This document shows positions 47,350 to 57,958 of a stretch of DNA of 59,654 nt, in pieces. Position 1 is the stretch's first letter, and each line of letters begins with the position of its first letter. Source of the stretch: an uncultured Candidatus Saccharibacteria bacterium (GTDB lineage: Bacteria; Patescibacteriota; Minisyncoccia; Phycocordibacterales; UBA5272); the NCBI GenBank assembly GCA_964510805.1, contig CAZEDG010000004.1:1-59654 (forward strand), written 5' to 3'. Under the pieces are notes generated by a model, which was not told where the DNA came from, did not search any database, and was given only the letters and a program-made list of their open reading frames with translations. The translations under genes were made by a program, and so were the position numbers.

Positions 47350-48147
47350 ATGAAAGAAAGGAAAGATGATTTATTTATTGATGAGGTTGTTAGTTTCTAT
47401 CAAAGAGAAGGGAGACATGATTTGCCTTGGAGGAAAAAGCGTACACCTTATCGTATTCTTGTGAGTGAAATAATGCTACAACAAACACAAGTAGGAAGGG
47501 TGTTGTATAAGTTCAATGAGTGGATGCAAAAGTTTCCTCAACTTAAAGACTTACGAGAAGCTTCTTTTGTTAATGTGTTGCATCTCTGGCAAGGCCTTGG
47601 ATATCAGCGAAGAGCTCGTGCGCTCCATGCAATAGCAAAAACTCAAACTACTCTTCCGAGAACATTTGAAGGACTGCAGAATCTTCCAGGCATAGGAGTA
47701 TACACAGCGTCAGCGATAATGGCTTTTGCATATAATAAATATTCTCACCCAGTGCTTGAGACTAATATTCGTACAGCACTTATTTTTTATTATTACGAAG
47801 ATACTCACGAAAAAATAAAAGACACCACTTTGTACGACATTCTTTTTAGAATAGAAAAAAAAGCGCAAGAGAAAAAAGTTGAAGCGAGAGATCTATATTA
47901 TGCACTCATGGATTACGGTGCTTGGTTAAAATCCCAAGGTGTTTCTTATAATGAGAAGAGTGCCCACTATCATAAGCAAACAAAGTATAAAGGGTCTCTC
48001 AGAGAGTTGCGAGCAAAAGCACTTTTTGCTATTGCGCACAATAAGCCTTTACCTTGCGATGAGAGGCTGGAGGAGGTTCTACAACAACTTACAGCAGAAG
48101 ATTTTATTGTGAAAGAAAAAAATCATTTCGTTATTAAGAACAGGTAG
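47350..48147 (+). CDS. HhH-GPD DNA glycosylase, MutY-like, with no obvious FeS-cluster cysteines or C-terminal domain.
   Basis: LPWRKKRTPYRILVSEIMLQQTQV and LPGIGVYTASAIMAFA (HhH-GPD). Confidence 0.6.
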   Translation: MKERKDDLFIDEVVSFYQREGRHDLPWRKKRTPYRILVSEIMLQQTQVGRVLYKFNEWMQKFPQLKDLREASFVNVLHLWQGLGYQRRARALHAIAKTQTTLPRTFEGLQNLPGIGVYTASAIMAFAYNKYSHPVLETNIRTALIFYYYEDTHEKIKDTTLYDILFRIEKKAQEKKVEARDLYYALMDYGAWLKSQGVSYNEKSAHYHKQTKYKGSLRELRAKALFAIAHNKPLPCDERLEEVLQQLTAEDFIVKEKNHFVIKNR

Positions 48148-48165
48148 ACTCGTGTGACATCTTAT

Positions 48166-48864
48166 CTATTCAAAAGGGGTAAGGTTACACTCTTTAAGCA
48201 GTGTAGCTGTTTGTGTGCTTGAGAGAGGGTGTACTGCTCCTTGACGTAGACCATGGATTACAAAAGAAAGAATCCTGACTCTTTTAAGAGAAAGAACGGT
48301 AAGGTTGAGAGCGTTTAACATGCGTCTGATCTCATGTTTTTTTCCTTCAGTAAGAATAATCTTAAGAGAGTGACCTTCATTATAAATAGAGACAGCTTTT
48401 ACAGGAGCGTAACTAGCTTCTTGCGTAGAAATTCCTCGTTTAAGAATTGTAACAACCCTTGGTGTAGCTTTTTCACGTATTGTCACTTCGTATTCTTTTT
48501 CTCTTTTGAATTTTGGGTTAAGAAGAGCATCAACTAAACGATAGTCGTTAGAGTAAAGAAGTAAACCTTCGCTTTCCTTATCTAATCTTCCGAGTGGTTC
48601 ACAACCTTCTAGTTTCTCTAGTTTGCCAGTTACTTCTCCTCTTGGTTTGTGATAAAGTGCATAGATTGGTTTTTTGTACAAAGTTTTAATTGACACAACG
48701 TCTCCTTTTTTTACTTTTGAACCAAGAGTCGCTATTTTTTTATTAATAGTTACCAGGTTACTCTCTATTGCGTTGTCGATAGATCTTCGAGATCCAAATC
48801 CTTGATCACGTAAAAAAGCGTTAATGCGAACCTCTTCTTTATTTGTAACGTTGATTTCTTTCAT
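48166..48864 (-). CDS. Pseudouridine synthase, RsuA/RluB family, with an S4 domain.
   Basis: N-terminal S4 region (RINAFLRDQGFGSRR) and the catalytic GRLD motif. Confidence 0.8.
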   Translation of the reverse strand: MKEINVTNKEEVRINAFLRDQGFGSRRSIDNAIESNLVTINKKIATLGSKVKKGDVVSIKTLYKKPIYALYHKPRGEVTGKLEKLEGCEPLGRLDKESEGLLLYSNDYRLVDALLNPKFKREKEYEVTIREKATPRVVTILKRGISTQEASYAPVKAVSIYNEGHSLKIILTEGKKHEIRRMLNALNLTVLSLKRVRILSFVIHGLRQGAVHPLSSTQTATLLKECNLTPFE

Positions 48865-48871
48865 ATAATTG

Positions 48872-50044
48872 TTAGCGTGTATCCTTCATTGGAAGTATAT
48901 AAGCAATACTCCATAGTATAGCGCATCCAAGAATAATAAACATGAGTTGAGGACGAGTTGTTAGAAAAGGTGCAACAATAACACCAACTACACCAACAAT
49001 AAATGTTCCAAGTCCGTGCATGTTAATAAAAAGTGCAGTAAGAGAAGGGTCATTATCTCCAACTTTTTTAAAATAGTAACTAAAAGACATTGTTTCTACA
49101 AAAGAAGCACCAATACGAGAAACAAGAAAAAGAAGAGTCCAGAGAAGGATATTTTGTGTCGTGAGAACAACACAAAGAAATGTCGTTACAGTGAGAATAA
49201 GTAATCCAATTACAAGCATTTCTTTTTCTCCAAATTTGCGATCAGCAAGGAGACCAAGCTCGTAAGGAAGAACAACAAGAGGAATTAATGCTATTGGAAG
49301 AATAATACTAAGATAGCTTGTTAAAGAAACCCCAATAGAATCAAGATAAAGAGGTGAATAAATAATCATGACCGCATAAAAGGATTGAACGATGAGCTCA
49401 GCAATAACCGCAGCTTTTAGATTTTTATTTTTAATGACATTAGTGATAGCGCCAAAGACATCGATCTTACGGTACACGGGGTCTTTAACATGTTGAAGGT
49501 AGGTATGCATGAAATAAAGATAGGGAACAAGGGTGAGCGCAGATACTGTGTAAAGCACAGGAAAAGAAGAGGTGAGTTTAAGAATGAATCCACCGATAAG
49601 AGGAGAAACAAGAATGCCGAGATTAAGAATAGCTAAGAACATTCCTCGAATACTTCCTGTTTTTGTGTGAACGCTAAAGCTTTCAACAAAAATATTAAGA
49701 CAAATAAAAAGAAGTATTTGTAGAATAAAATGAATAATAAAAAGGACAGGGAGAATATAAGGATCTTGGGAATAGCCAAATAAAATGACGGTAATAATCT
49801 CTGCAAGAGCAATACCGAAAGTAAATTGGTAGGTGTGGAATTTTTTTATAGACTGAGAAACACTAAGAGAAGCAAGAAGAGAGAGTACGCTTCCAACTAA
49901 GTAAACAGCACTCACAAGAGAAGAACTAAAGTATTGATGAAGATAGGAAGATGTGGCGTATACCGGAATGGCATAATGAAGCGCATACAAAAAAGTCATT
50001 GCATACGTAACAAGGAGTAATTTATGTCGAACAAAAAAATCCAT
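48872..50044 (-). CDS. MFS-type transporter.
   Basis: 390 aa with about 12 TM helices. Confidence 0.6.
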   Translation of the reverse strand: MDFFVRHKLLLVTYAMTFLYALHYAIPVYATSSYLHQYFSSSLVSAVYLVGSVLSLLASLSVSQSIKKFHTYQFTFGIALAEIITVILFGYSQDPYILPVLFIIHFILQILLFICLNIFVESFSVHTKTGSIRGMFLAILNLGILVSPLIGGFILKLTSSFPVLYTVSALTLVPYLYFMHTYLQHVKDPVYRKIDVFGAITNVIKNKNLKAAVIAELIVQSFYAVMIIYSPLYLDSIGVSLTSYLSIILPIALIPLVVLPYELGLLADRKFGEKEMLVIGLLILTVTTFLCVVLTTQNILLWTLLFLVSRIGASFVETMSFSYYFKKVGDNDPSLTALFINMHGLGTFIVGVVGVIVAPFLTTRPQLMFIILGCAILWSIAYILPMKDTR

Positions 50045-50112
50045 AAAGATACTAGAAGTATAGCAACAAAAATCCTCTTCTTATAGAGGTTTTCTGTTAA
50101 TAGAGGCTTATA

Positions 50113-51966
50113 TTACACAGTAATGATTACTGGGATAATGACAGGGCGTTTTGCTGTCTTTTGTAATAAGAATTTAGAAGTTGCGTCTGCAATGTCTTGT
50201 TTAATTTGATCAAGGTTCGTGTACCCTCCACGAGAAAGGGCATCGTCAATAATTTTTTTGGTAAGAAGTCTTGTTTGGTAGAGAAGTTCTTGAGATTCTT
50301 TAAGATAGACGAAACCTCTAGAAATAAGATCTGGAGATTTTTTAAGTTGATGGGTATGACTATCAATAACACCAATCACTACGAACATTCCGTCTTCTGC
50401 AAGCGCTTGACGATCTCTCATTACAACATCTTGAATCTTGCCAACAGAAGTTCCGTCAACAACAATCATCTCACTAGGAGCTTTTTCTTTGATTGAAGTA
50501 ATAGTTCTACCTTCATTCTGTATCTCAATAATCATTCCGTTATCAGGTATCACAATGTTCTCTTCTGGTGTGCCTAGTTTTCTCTCGAGATCTGCATGGA
50601 CTCGTAGCATATAGTGGTAACCATGAACAGGAATAAAGAACTTAGGGTGAATTTTTCTATGAATCCATAGAAGTTCATCTGCGTTCGCGTGACCAGAAGA
50701 GTGGACATCTGATGTTTTATAGTGAATAAGATGTGCACCTTGTCGAGAAAGCTTGTCTTTAAGATTCTGTACTGCTCGTTCATTTCCAGGAACAACAGAC
50801 GAAGACATAAGAATGGTATCTCTTGGAGTAAGTCGAATAAACTTATGTGTTTTGTTGGCAATCCTTCCAAGTGCAGCGAACTCCTCTCCTTGTTGACCTG
50901 TTGCAAGAATAATCATTTTATTTTCTGGGTATCTGACCATCTCTTCAAGAGGGATAAGGGTTTCTGGGCGGACTTTAAGCATTTCGGCAAGTTTTGCAAT
51001 TTCAACATTTGTTTTCATGCTACGTCCCTCAACCACAACCTTTTTACCATAACGTTCAGCTGTCTCTAGCATAAAGAGCATGCGCTCTACTTGTGAGGCG
51101 AAGGTGCTAATAATAAGTCTGCCTTGAGTTTCTCGTATAATTGTTTCGATATTTCGGTACACAACACTATCAGAAATAGAGAATCCAGGATTTTCACAGT
51201 TGGTAGAGTCTGCCATAAGAAGCAGTGTCTTTCTATTTTCAAAAACTTTATAGCGATCCTCTTCATCGTCGGTCGGAACACCATCAGTATGCTCAAGGCG
51301 AAGATCCCCCGTGTGAACAATGTCTCCATAAGGTGTTTCGATAATAATTCCCATACTGTCAGGAATAGCATGAGTAACACCAAAAAAACGTACTCGCAAG
51401 TCACCAAGAGTAACAGTGTCTCCACGTTCAACAACATTAATTGTAAGAGGGGGAAGATGAGGAAATTCTTCTTGGCGCTTCTTAATCATAAGAGAAGTGA
51501 AGAGTCTTGCGTAGATTTGAGGGCTACCTATACGTGGCATAATGTAAGGCACTGAACCTATGTGATCAAGATGGCCGTGCGTTACAAGCATGCCTTTTAT
51601 TTTATGCTTATGTTCCTCGAGATATCTTGTGTTCGGAAGAATAAAATCAATACCCGGGGTGCTGGTTTCTGTAAATTGAACACCACAGTCAACAATCAAG
51701 ATAGTGTCTTTATACTCAACCATACTCATATTTCTACCAATTTCCTCAACACCACCAAGATGAATGATTCGGATGTCACCGTCTTTAAGTGGAGGGATAT
51801 GATCAGTTTCTCTTTTTGTTGCAACTGTTGTGTCAAATTTTGGACCAACGACAGGGCGAGACTGTCGTCCTCCTCGTGGTTTATTTTGTCTTATGTTATT
51901 TTTTTGCATAGGCGGTTGACTAGTAGTGTTTTGGTAAGATGTTTCTTGTTGTTGATCGTTGTTCAT
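50113..51966 (-). CDS. rnj: Ribonuclease J (metallo-beta-lactamase / beta-CASP).
   Basis: HGHLDH motif, beta-CASP region, 617 aa. Confidence 0.85.
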   Translation of the reverse strand: MNNDQQQETSYQNTTSQPPMQKNNIRQNKPRGGRQSRPVVGPKFDTTVATKRETDHIPPLKDGDIRIIHLGGVEEIGRNMSMVEYKDTILIVDCGVQFTETSTPGIDFILPNTRYLEEHKHKIKGMLVTHGHLDHIGSVPYIMPRIGSPQIYARLFTSLMIKKRQEEFPHLPPLTINVVERGDTVTLGDLRVRFFGVTHAIPDSMGIIIETPYGDIVHTGDLRLEHTDGVPTDDEEDRYKVFENRKTLLLMADSTNCENPGFSISDSVVYRNIETIIRETQGRLIISTFASQVERMLFMLETAERYGKKVVVEGRSMKTNVEIAKLAEMLKVRPETLIPLEEMVRYPENKMIILATGQQGEEFAALGRIANKTHKFIRLTPRDTILMSSSVVPGNERAVQNLKDKLSRQGAHLIHYKTSDVHSSGHANADELLWIHRKIHPKFFIPVHGYHYMLRVHADLERKLGTPEENIVIPDNGMIIEIQNEGRTITSIKEKAPSEMIVVDGTSVGKIQDVVMRDRQALAEDGMFVVIGVIDSHTHQLKKSPDLISRGFVYLKESQELLYQTRLLTKKIIDDALSRGGYTNLDQIKQDIADATSKFLLQKTAKRPVIIPVIITV

Positions 51967-51976
51967 ATATTTTTAT

Positions 51977-53698
51977 TTAATGGATAATATTCTCTATAAT
52001 TTCTATTGCTTTTTTATAATATGTTTTTGGCCATACAGTGTCCGTGAATCTATACCACTCTTGAACAGATTGGAATCTAGAGGAATTATCATAGCTATAT
52101 TGAGGAAGTATTGTTGTTACTTTATCTTTCACTATATATAAAAGTTTTGGTGAGTAAAGAAATATCCCGGGCGTCTCCTCTTCAAATTCTTTAAGCACAG
52201 AAGTATAAGCATCTTTTTGCTCATCTTTATCTCTTGAATTACGAAGGATTTCTAGGTTTTCATCAAGAGTCTTGCTTACATAATTAGAAACGTTAAGCCC
52301 TGGATATGATCGTTGTGAAGAATGCCAAAATGCGTACAAATCAGAAGGGGTTTCGGTTATAGCACCAAAAAGAAGTGCCTGGAATTCTCTATCTTTAATA
52401 ATTGACTGATTAAGGTCGGAAACGTCGTAGATAGAAATAGTGGTATGTACCCCGACGGCTTCCCAGTCTGCTTTTATAAGTTCTGCCACCTTCTTCATCT
52501 CGTCGGTATTGGCAGTTACTAGAGTAATATCTAGAGTACTCGAGGCATTTTTTATTAATTTACTTTTAGAAATAAGATCTCTTGCTTCTTCTTTATTATA
52601 TTCTGATGAAGTGGCATTCGCATCGAAAGGGTAAGGACCACTTAACGGTTTTCCGTATCCATATAACACAGTATCAACAATGGCTTTTTTATTAATCGCA
52701 AGCTCAAGAGCTTTTCTTATATTTTTATCTGCGAGAGGTTGAAGCTTATTTGGGTTAAAAAAGACTGCAAATGTTCGAGGGAGAAGGGATGTTTTTATCG
52801 CAGTTTCTGGTAACTGAAGCGTCGCTATTTTTTCTGGAGAAAGACCGTGAACTCTTGTAATATCACCATCTTGGAATGCTTTTATTAAGTATTTTTCGTT
52901 TTGATAGCTTGAGATAAATATGTTTTGAATATAAGGCCTACCTAATGTGTATTCTTCGTGAGCGGTAAGTTCAAAAGCAACAGGGATCCCTGATTCTGTC
53001 ACTACCTGAGTAAGCGCATAAGGTCCACAACCAATAGCATGAATATTAAGATCACTTAGGCTAAATTGGTCCTCATTTAAATTTTTCCAAACATGTTTAG
53101 GAAGAATACCAAGGGTAAGGGTTTCCATAAACAAAGGAAAAGGTTTTTTGAGTGTTAAGGTGAGTTCGCGTTCTCCTTTCTTTTGTACTTCAACACCTTC
53201 CCATAGTATTCTGTAAGGACTTTTAATAGTAGGGTTTTGCACCATGTTAATTGTATAGATGAGATCATCTGCGGTGACGCTACTGTCATCATGGAATACT
53301 GCATCTTTTTTAATAACAATGTCGTACTGGAGTCCGTCTTCACTTTCAGAAATACTTTCTGCAACATCTGGAACAATTGTCCCATCCTCTGTTTTTTTTG
53401 TAAGCCCTGCAAAAAGAAGAGATGTGAGATCTTTATCTTGTTCCGATGTTGCAAGTACAGGATTGATAAAACGTGGAGTGCCGACTATTCCTTCACGGAC
53501 ACTTCCACCATAGATAGGGACTTTGATAAGGAATGATTTATTAATACTTACAAGGCAAAAGAAAAAACTCAGCGTCGACAAAAAAACAAGAGCGTAGAGC
53601 GTTAAAACCTTTTCCGGAGAAAAAGTTTTAACTATAGAATGAATAGATGTGTAGAATCGCGTGATTCTTTCTTTGATCTTTGGTAATAATGTACCCAT
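51977..53698 (-). CDS. Membrane-anchored solute-binding protein, family 5 (peptide/oligopeptide-type).
   Basis: N-terminal TM anchor followed by an SBP_bac_5-like sequence. Confidence 0.55.
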   Translation of the reverse strand: MGTLLPKIKERITRFYTSIHSIVKTFSPEKVLTLYALVFLSTLSFFFCLVSINKSFLIKVPIYGGSVREGIVGTPRFINPVLATSEQDKDLTSLLFAGLTKKTEDGTIVPDVAESISESEDGLQYDIVIKKDAVFHDDSSVTADDLIYTINMVQNPTIKSPYRILWEGVEVQKKGERELTLTLKKPFPLFMETLTLGILPKHVWKNLNEDQFSLSDLNIHAIGCGPYALTQVVTESGIPVAFELTAHEEYTLGRPYIQNIFISSYQNEKYLIKAFQDGDITRVHGLSPEKIATLQLPETAIKTSLLPRTFAVFFNPNKLQPLADKNIRKALELAINKKAIVDTVLYGYGKPLSGPYPFDANATSSEYNKEEARDLISKSKLIKNASSTLDITLVTANTDEMKKVAELIKADWEAVGVHTTISIYDVSDLNQSIIKDREFQALLFGAITETPSDLYAFWHSSQRSYPGLNVSNYVSKTLDENLEILRNSRDKDEQKDAYTSVLKEFEEETPGIFLYSPKLLYIVKDKVTTILPQYSYDNSSRFQSVQEWYRFTDTVWPKTYYKKAIEIIENIIH

Positions 53699-53765
53699 GG
53701 AGATAGAAATAATACTTATAAGTATATCTCAGCTATCATGTTTAGTGTAGTCGTATTTTGTTGCG

Positions 53766-53990
53766 TTAGTGGAAAAAAACAGGGAGTAACAAAGAAAGTG
53801 CAAAAAGGGTTACAACTATTATCGTAACTTGATGAAGAACTTTCTCTCCTCCTCTTTTTTTAAGTGCAACCGCGGTACCTCCGTCAGTACTGAAAGCGCC
53901 AGAAGCGTCAGTATTTGCTCGTTGAACGAGTACAAGTGTGATAAGAATTACCGCAAGAACGATGTGCACAATAGATAGCATTTGAAACAT
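53766..53990 (-). CDS. secG: Preprotein translocase subunit SecG.
   Basis: Two TM helices flanking a Gly-rich loop (SGAFSTDGGTA). A TATAAT lies immediately upstream of the ATG, so the mRNA is possibly leaderless. Confidence 0.6.
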   Translation of the reverse strand: MFQMLSIVHIVLAVILITLVLVQRANTDASGAFSTDGGTAVALKKRGGEKVLHQVTIIVVTLFALSLLLPVFFH

Positions 53991-54125
53991 GTGGAGATTA
54001 TACCAAAAAAATAACCAGAACGCAAACAAGGAATAGGTGAGTCTTTCTTTTGGTAAAAGAGTCTAGCGTGGCTAAATGTATAGTAATTTTGAGCTATTTT
54101 TACAGATAATTACTTCTATCTCATT

Positions 54126-57100
54126 TTATTGAGGTGTTTGTTCTGAAAGTTGACGTATCTCGTCTATGACTATTGTTTTTTCATTGTTTCGTGTGGAGAC
54201 TTTTCCTCTAAAAATAAGAGGGGAATCAATGATACATAAGTCTTTATAACGCCTATATGTCTCAGGGAATACAGCAACTTCTATAAAATCTTCGTAGTCT
54301 CGTAATCTAAGGAGTGCCATCTTATCTCCTTTTTTAGTTACTGTTATTTTGCATACCTCTATGATCGAAGCAAGAGTCACTTCAGTCCCATCTTTAATAT
54401 CGTGATGTACTTTTGAAATAGTAACACCTCTTTCTTGTATTTTTTCTTTCCAAGGATCAAGAGGAAAACCCGAAACAAAAAGACCAAGAAGTTCTTTTTC
54501 CCATGAAAGTCTTTGTTTTTTTGTTGCAGGAGTAGTTTTTTTCATAGAAAAAGTTCCAGCACCACCTATATCACCAAAAAGACTTCCTTGGAGAACGTTT
54601 TCTTTGACAACATGTTTATGATAGTCGAGAATGCCTTCTAAGTTAAAGAGTATTTGATTTCTTTCACCAAAAGCGTCAAGAGCTCCACACATAGTGAGGG
54701 CTTCTAAAGACTTTCTATTGAGATTTTTATGAGTGACTCGTTTAATAAAATTTTCAAAAGAGGTGTATGGGCCAGCTTTTTTTCGTTCTTCGATAATTGC
54801 ATCAGAGATGTCTGTCCCTAGGTTTTTTATTGTATAAAGCCCGAATCTAATCTCCTCTTTTCCATCGGTAGTGATGATACTGAAGCCTCCTTCGCTTGTA
54901 TTGATATCTGGAGGTAAAACGTTCACACCCATTCTTTTACATTCAGAAACTATTTCTGATATTTTTTCCACATCACCACTCTCATTGGTGAGAATTGCGG
55001 TCATGTATGCAACAGGGAAGTGTGCTTTCATATATGCGGTCTGATACGCAACTCTACCATAGCTGGCAGCGTGAGCTTTGTTAAAACCATATGCAGCAAA
55101 AGGCTCGATCAACGACCAGAGTTCCTGACTCTTTTTCTCTGAGAGTCCGTGCTCTAGGAAACCTTCGTGAAGTTTCTCTTTTTGTGCCTGCATTTCAGCT
55201 GGGATTTTCTTACCCATAGCCTTGCGTAATTTGTCTGCCTCAAGCCAGGAATATCCTGCAAGGTGGATAGCAATAAGCATCACGTCATCTTGGTATACGA
55301 TCACACCAAAAGATTGATCTAGTATTGGCTCTAGGCGCTGGTCAAGATAGGTTACCAAGGAAGGATTTTGTTTTCTTCTTATATACTCAGGTATCATTTC
55401 TAGAGGTCCCGGACGGTAAAGGGCAACCATAGCGTTGATATCAAAAATAGTCGTAGGCTTAAGCTCTTTAAGGAATCTGGTCATACCTGAACCATTAAGC
55501 TGGAAAAGACCCATCGTCTCTCCTCGTGCAAGCATCTCGAATGTTTTTTTGTCATCAAGAGGGATTGCTTCTATATCTACGTCAACGTTATAACGTTCTT
55601 TTGTAATCTTAATTGCATCACCAAGAATTGTTAGGTTTCTGATACCAAGAAAGTCAAATTTTAGAAGACCTGCATCTTCGATGGTGTACATGTCGTACTG
55701 AGTAATAATTTTTCCTCCTTTAGGGTCTTTTTGGACAGGGGTAAAATCCCATAAAGGTGAAGGAGAAATCACTGTGCCTGCAGCGTGCACCGAAATATGG
55801 CGAGCACACCCTTCCACTCTTTGTGCCATATCAAGAATCTCTTGAGCCTCTCTGTCGGTGTCGTGAAGGGCTTTTAGTTCAGGGACTTCTTCGATTGCTC
55901 CCGCTATAGTAACAGGGAACCCTTGCCTTGGAGGAGGAATAAGTTTACTTATTCTGTCGCCTACGATATAAGGATATTTCAAAGCTCTTGCAACGTCTCT
56001 TACGGCACCTCTTGCCATCATGGTTCCAAAAGTACCTATTTGTGCCACGTTGTTTATACCATATTTTCTTCTTGCGTAATCAATAACATCATCACGCCTT
56101 GTATCAGCATAATCCATGTCTATATCAGGGGCAGAAGGTCTTTCAGGGTTTAAAAATCTTTCAAAAGGGAGCTTGTAAACAAAAGGGTCACATTTTGTAA
56201 TTTGAAGAAGGTACGTGACAAGAGACCCAGCAACGGAACCACGGATATTTGTAAGGATTGAGTTCTCTCTTGCAAAGCGAAGAAGGTCGTATACGACAAG
56301 GAAGTACGGGGAATACCCTTTGTCTGCAATAACTTTTAATTCGTAATCAAGACGTGTCTTAACTGCCTCGGTAAGAGACATGTTACGTACCTGAAGGCCT
56401 TTGTATGCCAGATCTCTAAGATCGTCATCATAACCATTTTTTGACTCTATTGCAGGAAATACCCATTTTCCAAGAGGTATTTCTAGTGTGCAGGAGTCTG
56501 CTATCAAGGAAGTATTTGTGATAGCTTCGGGGACATCTTTGAAAAGTTCTTGTGCTTCTCTATCAGTAAGATAGGCAAAAGTATCTTTTTGAAAAAGTTC
56601 TGCGTATTCAAGTTTAGATTGCTCATCGCCGTGAACAAGGAAAAGCACTTTTTGTGCAGACTTGTCGTTGATATCTAAATAATGTGAATTGGCTGTAGCC
56701 ACAAGAGGGATATTTTCTTGTTTTGCAAATACAATAGTTTTTTCTCTAAGAATCGAGGAGTTATCAAGAAGACGTTGAGGGTTTATTTCTAGGTAGTAAT
56801 TTGATTTGAAAATTTCTTTATAAAAATCAATTCTTTTTTTTGCTAGATCATTGTCGATTAATAAAAAATTATTAACATCACCCCAATAGCCACCTGAGAG
56901 CGCTATGATTCCTTCTGCGTATTTTTTAAGAATTTCATCGGTAGCAAAAGGATTCAAAGGGTCCTCGACATTTATTACTGAAATAAGTTCCATTAAATTT
57001 TTGTAACCCTCAGATGTTTTTGCGATCAATACGAGTTTAAAGAAACGGTCTTGGACTTTAATAGTAATCTCTGAACCAATAATTGGTTTAATATTTTCTT

Positions 57101-57263
57101 TTTTACAAGTGCTAAAGAATTCAATAGTCCCGTACATATTATTGTAGTCTGTAAGCGCAAGAGCAGTAGCATTGTTTGTTTTTGCATACTTAACAAGCTC
57201 CGAAATTTTTGGGAGAGCCTTAAGGAGAGAGTAGTGTGAATGGTTCCTTAAATTGATAAACAT
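54126..57263 (-). CDS. dnaE: DNA polymerase III alpha subunit (compact form).
   Basis: N-terminal PHP domain (HSHYSLL), polymerase core motifs, 1045 aa. Confidence 0.9.
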   Translation of the reverse strand: MFINLRNHSHYSLLKALPKISELVKYAKTNNATALALTDYNNMYGTIEFFSTCKKENIKPIIGSEITIKVQDRFFKLVLIAKTSEGYKNLMELISVINVEDPLNPFATDEILKKYAEGIIALSGGYWGDVNNFLLIDNDLAKKRIDFYKEIFKSNYYLEINPQRLLDNSSILREKTIVFAKQENIPLVATANSHYLDINDKSAQKVLFLVHGDEQSKLEYAELFQKDTFAYLTDREAQELFKDVPEAITNTSLIADSCTLEIPLGKWVFPAIESKNGYDDDLRDLAYKGLQVRNMSLTEAVKTRLDYELKVIADKGYSPYFLVVYDLLRFARENSILTNIRGSVAGSLVTYLLQITKCDPFVYKLPFERFLNPERPSAPDIDMDYADTRRDDVIDYARRKYGINNVAQIGTFGTMMARGAVRDVARALKYPYIVGDRISKLIPPPRQGFPVTIAGAIEEVPELKALHDTDREAQEILDMAQRVEGCARHISVHAAGTVISPSPLWDFTPVQKDPKGGKIITQYDMYTIEDAGLLKFDFLGIRNLTILGDAIKITKERYNVDVDIEAIPLDDKKTFEMLARGETMGLFQLNGSGMTRFLKELKPTTIFDINAMVALYRPGPLEMIPEYIRRKQNPSLVTYLDQRLEPILDQSFGVIVYQDDVMLIAIHLAGYSWLEADKLRKAMGKKIPAEMQAQKEKLHEGFLEHGLSEKKSQELWSLIEPFAAYGFNKAHAASYGRVAYQTAYMKAHFPVAYMTAILTNESGDVEKISEIVSECKRMGVNVLPPDINTSEGGFSIITTDGKEEIRFGLYTIKNLGTDISDAIIEERKKAGPYTSFENFIKRVTHKNLNRKSLEALTMCGALDAFGERNQILFNLEGILDYHKHVVKENVLQGSLFGDIGGAGTFSMKKTTPATKKQRLSWEKELLGLFVSGFPLDPWKEKIQERGVTISKVHHDIKDGTEVTLASIIEVCKITVTKKGDKMALLRLRDYEDFIEVAVFPETYRRYKDLCIIDSPLIFRGKVSTRNNEKTIVIDEIRQLSEQTPQ

Positions 57264-57958
57264 GTTTGTCAGCGGTTATGTTTCTTAAGTATACATTCTT
57301 ATTCAAAAAATACATGTCGAAAACTCAGTAGATGTTTAGTAAAAATTAGTTATTTGTTTTGTAATAATTTTTTAAATATTAATTAGATAAAACAAAAAAT
57401 TAAAATATATTATTATATAACAATATATAATAAACTTTTATAAAAAACAGAAAGTATAATTTAAAATTAAAAAATAAAAATAGGGGGTTATTCTAGAATT
57501 AGACAAAAAACCAACTAGATTAGTAAAAAAGATTTAATAAACGATATCTATTAAATTTAAATCTTGATCTAATATATTTTAAAAAATAAAACTAAATAAA
57601 TAGTTTATTTTATAAAAAAGCTTATTTTTCAATAATATTAAACTATTAGATTTAACTAAATAGATTATTGTCATGTTTATGCCATGTTCTAAAATAGGGG
57701 TAAGAGGTAAATAAAATAAGTATTTTTTGTTTTAAAATAAACCCAAATAAAGCACCTGACTAGTCTCTTAAATTAGGTTAAAAATAAAGAGCATTTTTTA
57801 TTTCTTTTTGCATCATTTTGTAAATTCTAATTTGTTTCTAAATTTTCAAAATTACTATTCTAAAATAAGGATTTTTTTTATGTACTTTATCCACAATTTT
57901 TTTATATTTTAGACTATGTTTTAGTGGATTTTATTTTATACTTAATGTATAAGATTTC
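57264..57958. other. About 700-bp extremely AT-rich non-coding region lying between divergent dnaE and the collagen-like gene. It contains one perfect DnaA box (TTATCCACA) at 57881-57889.
   Basis: Composition and motif read directly. No ORF is present. Confidence 0.7.
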
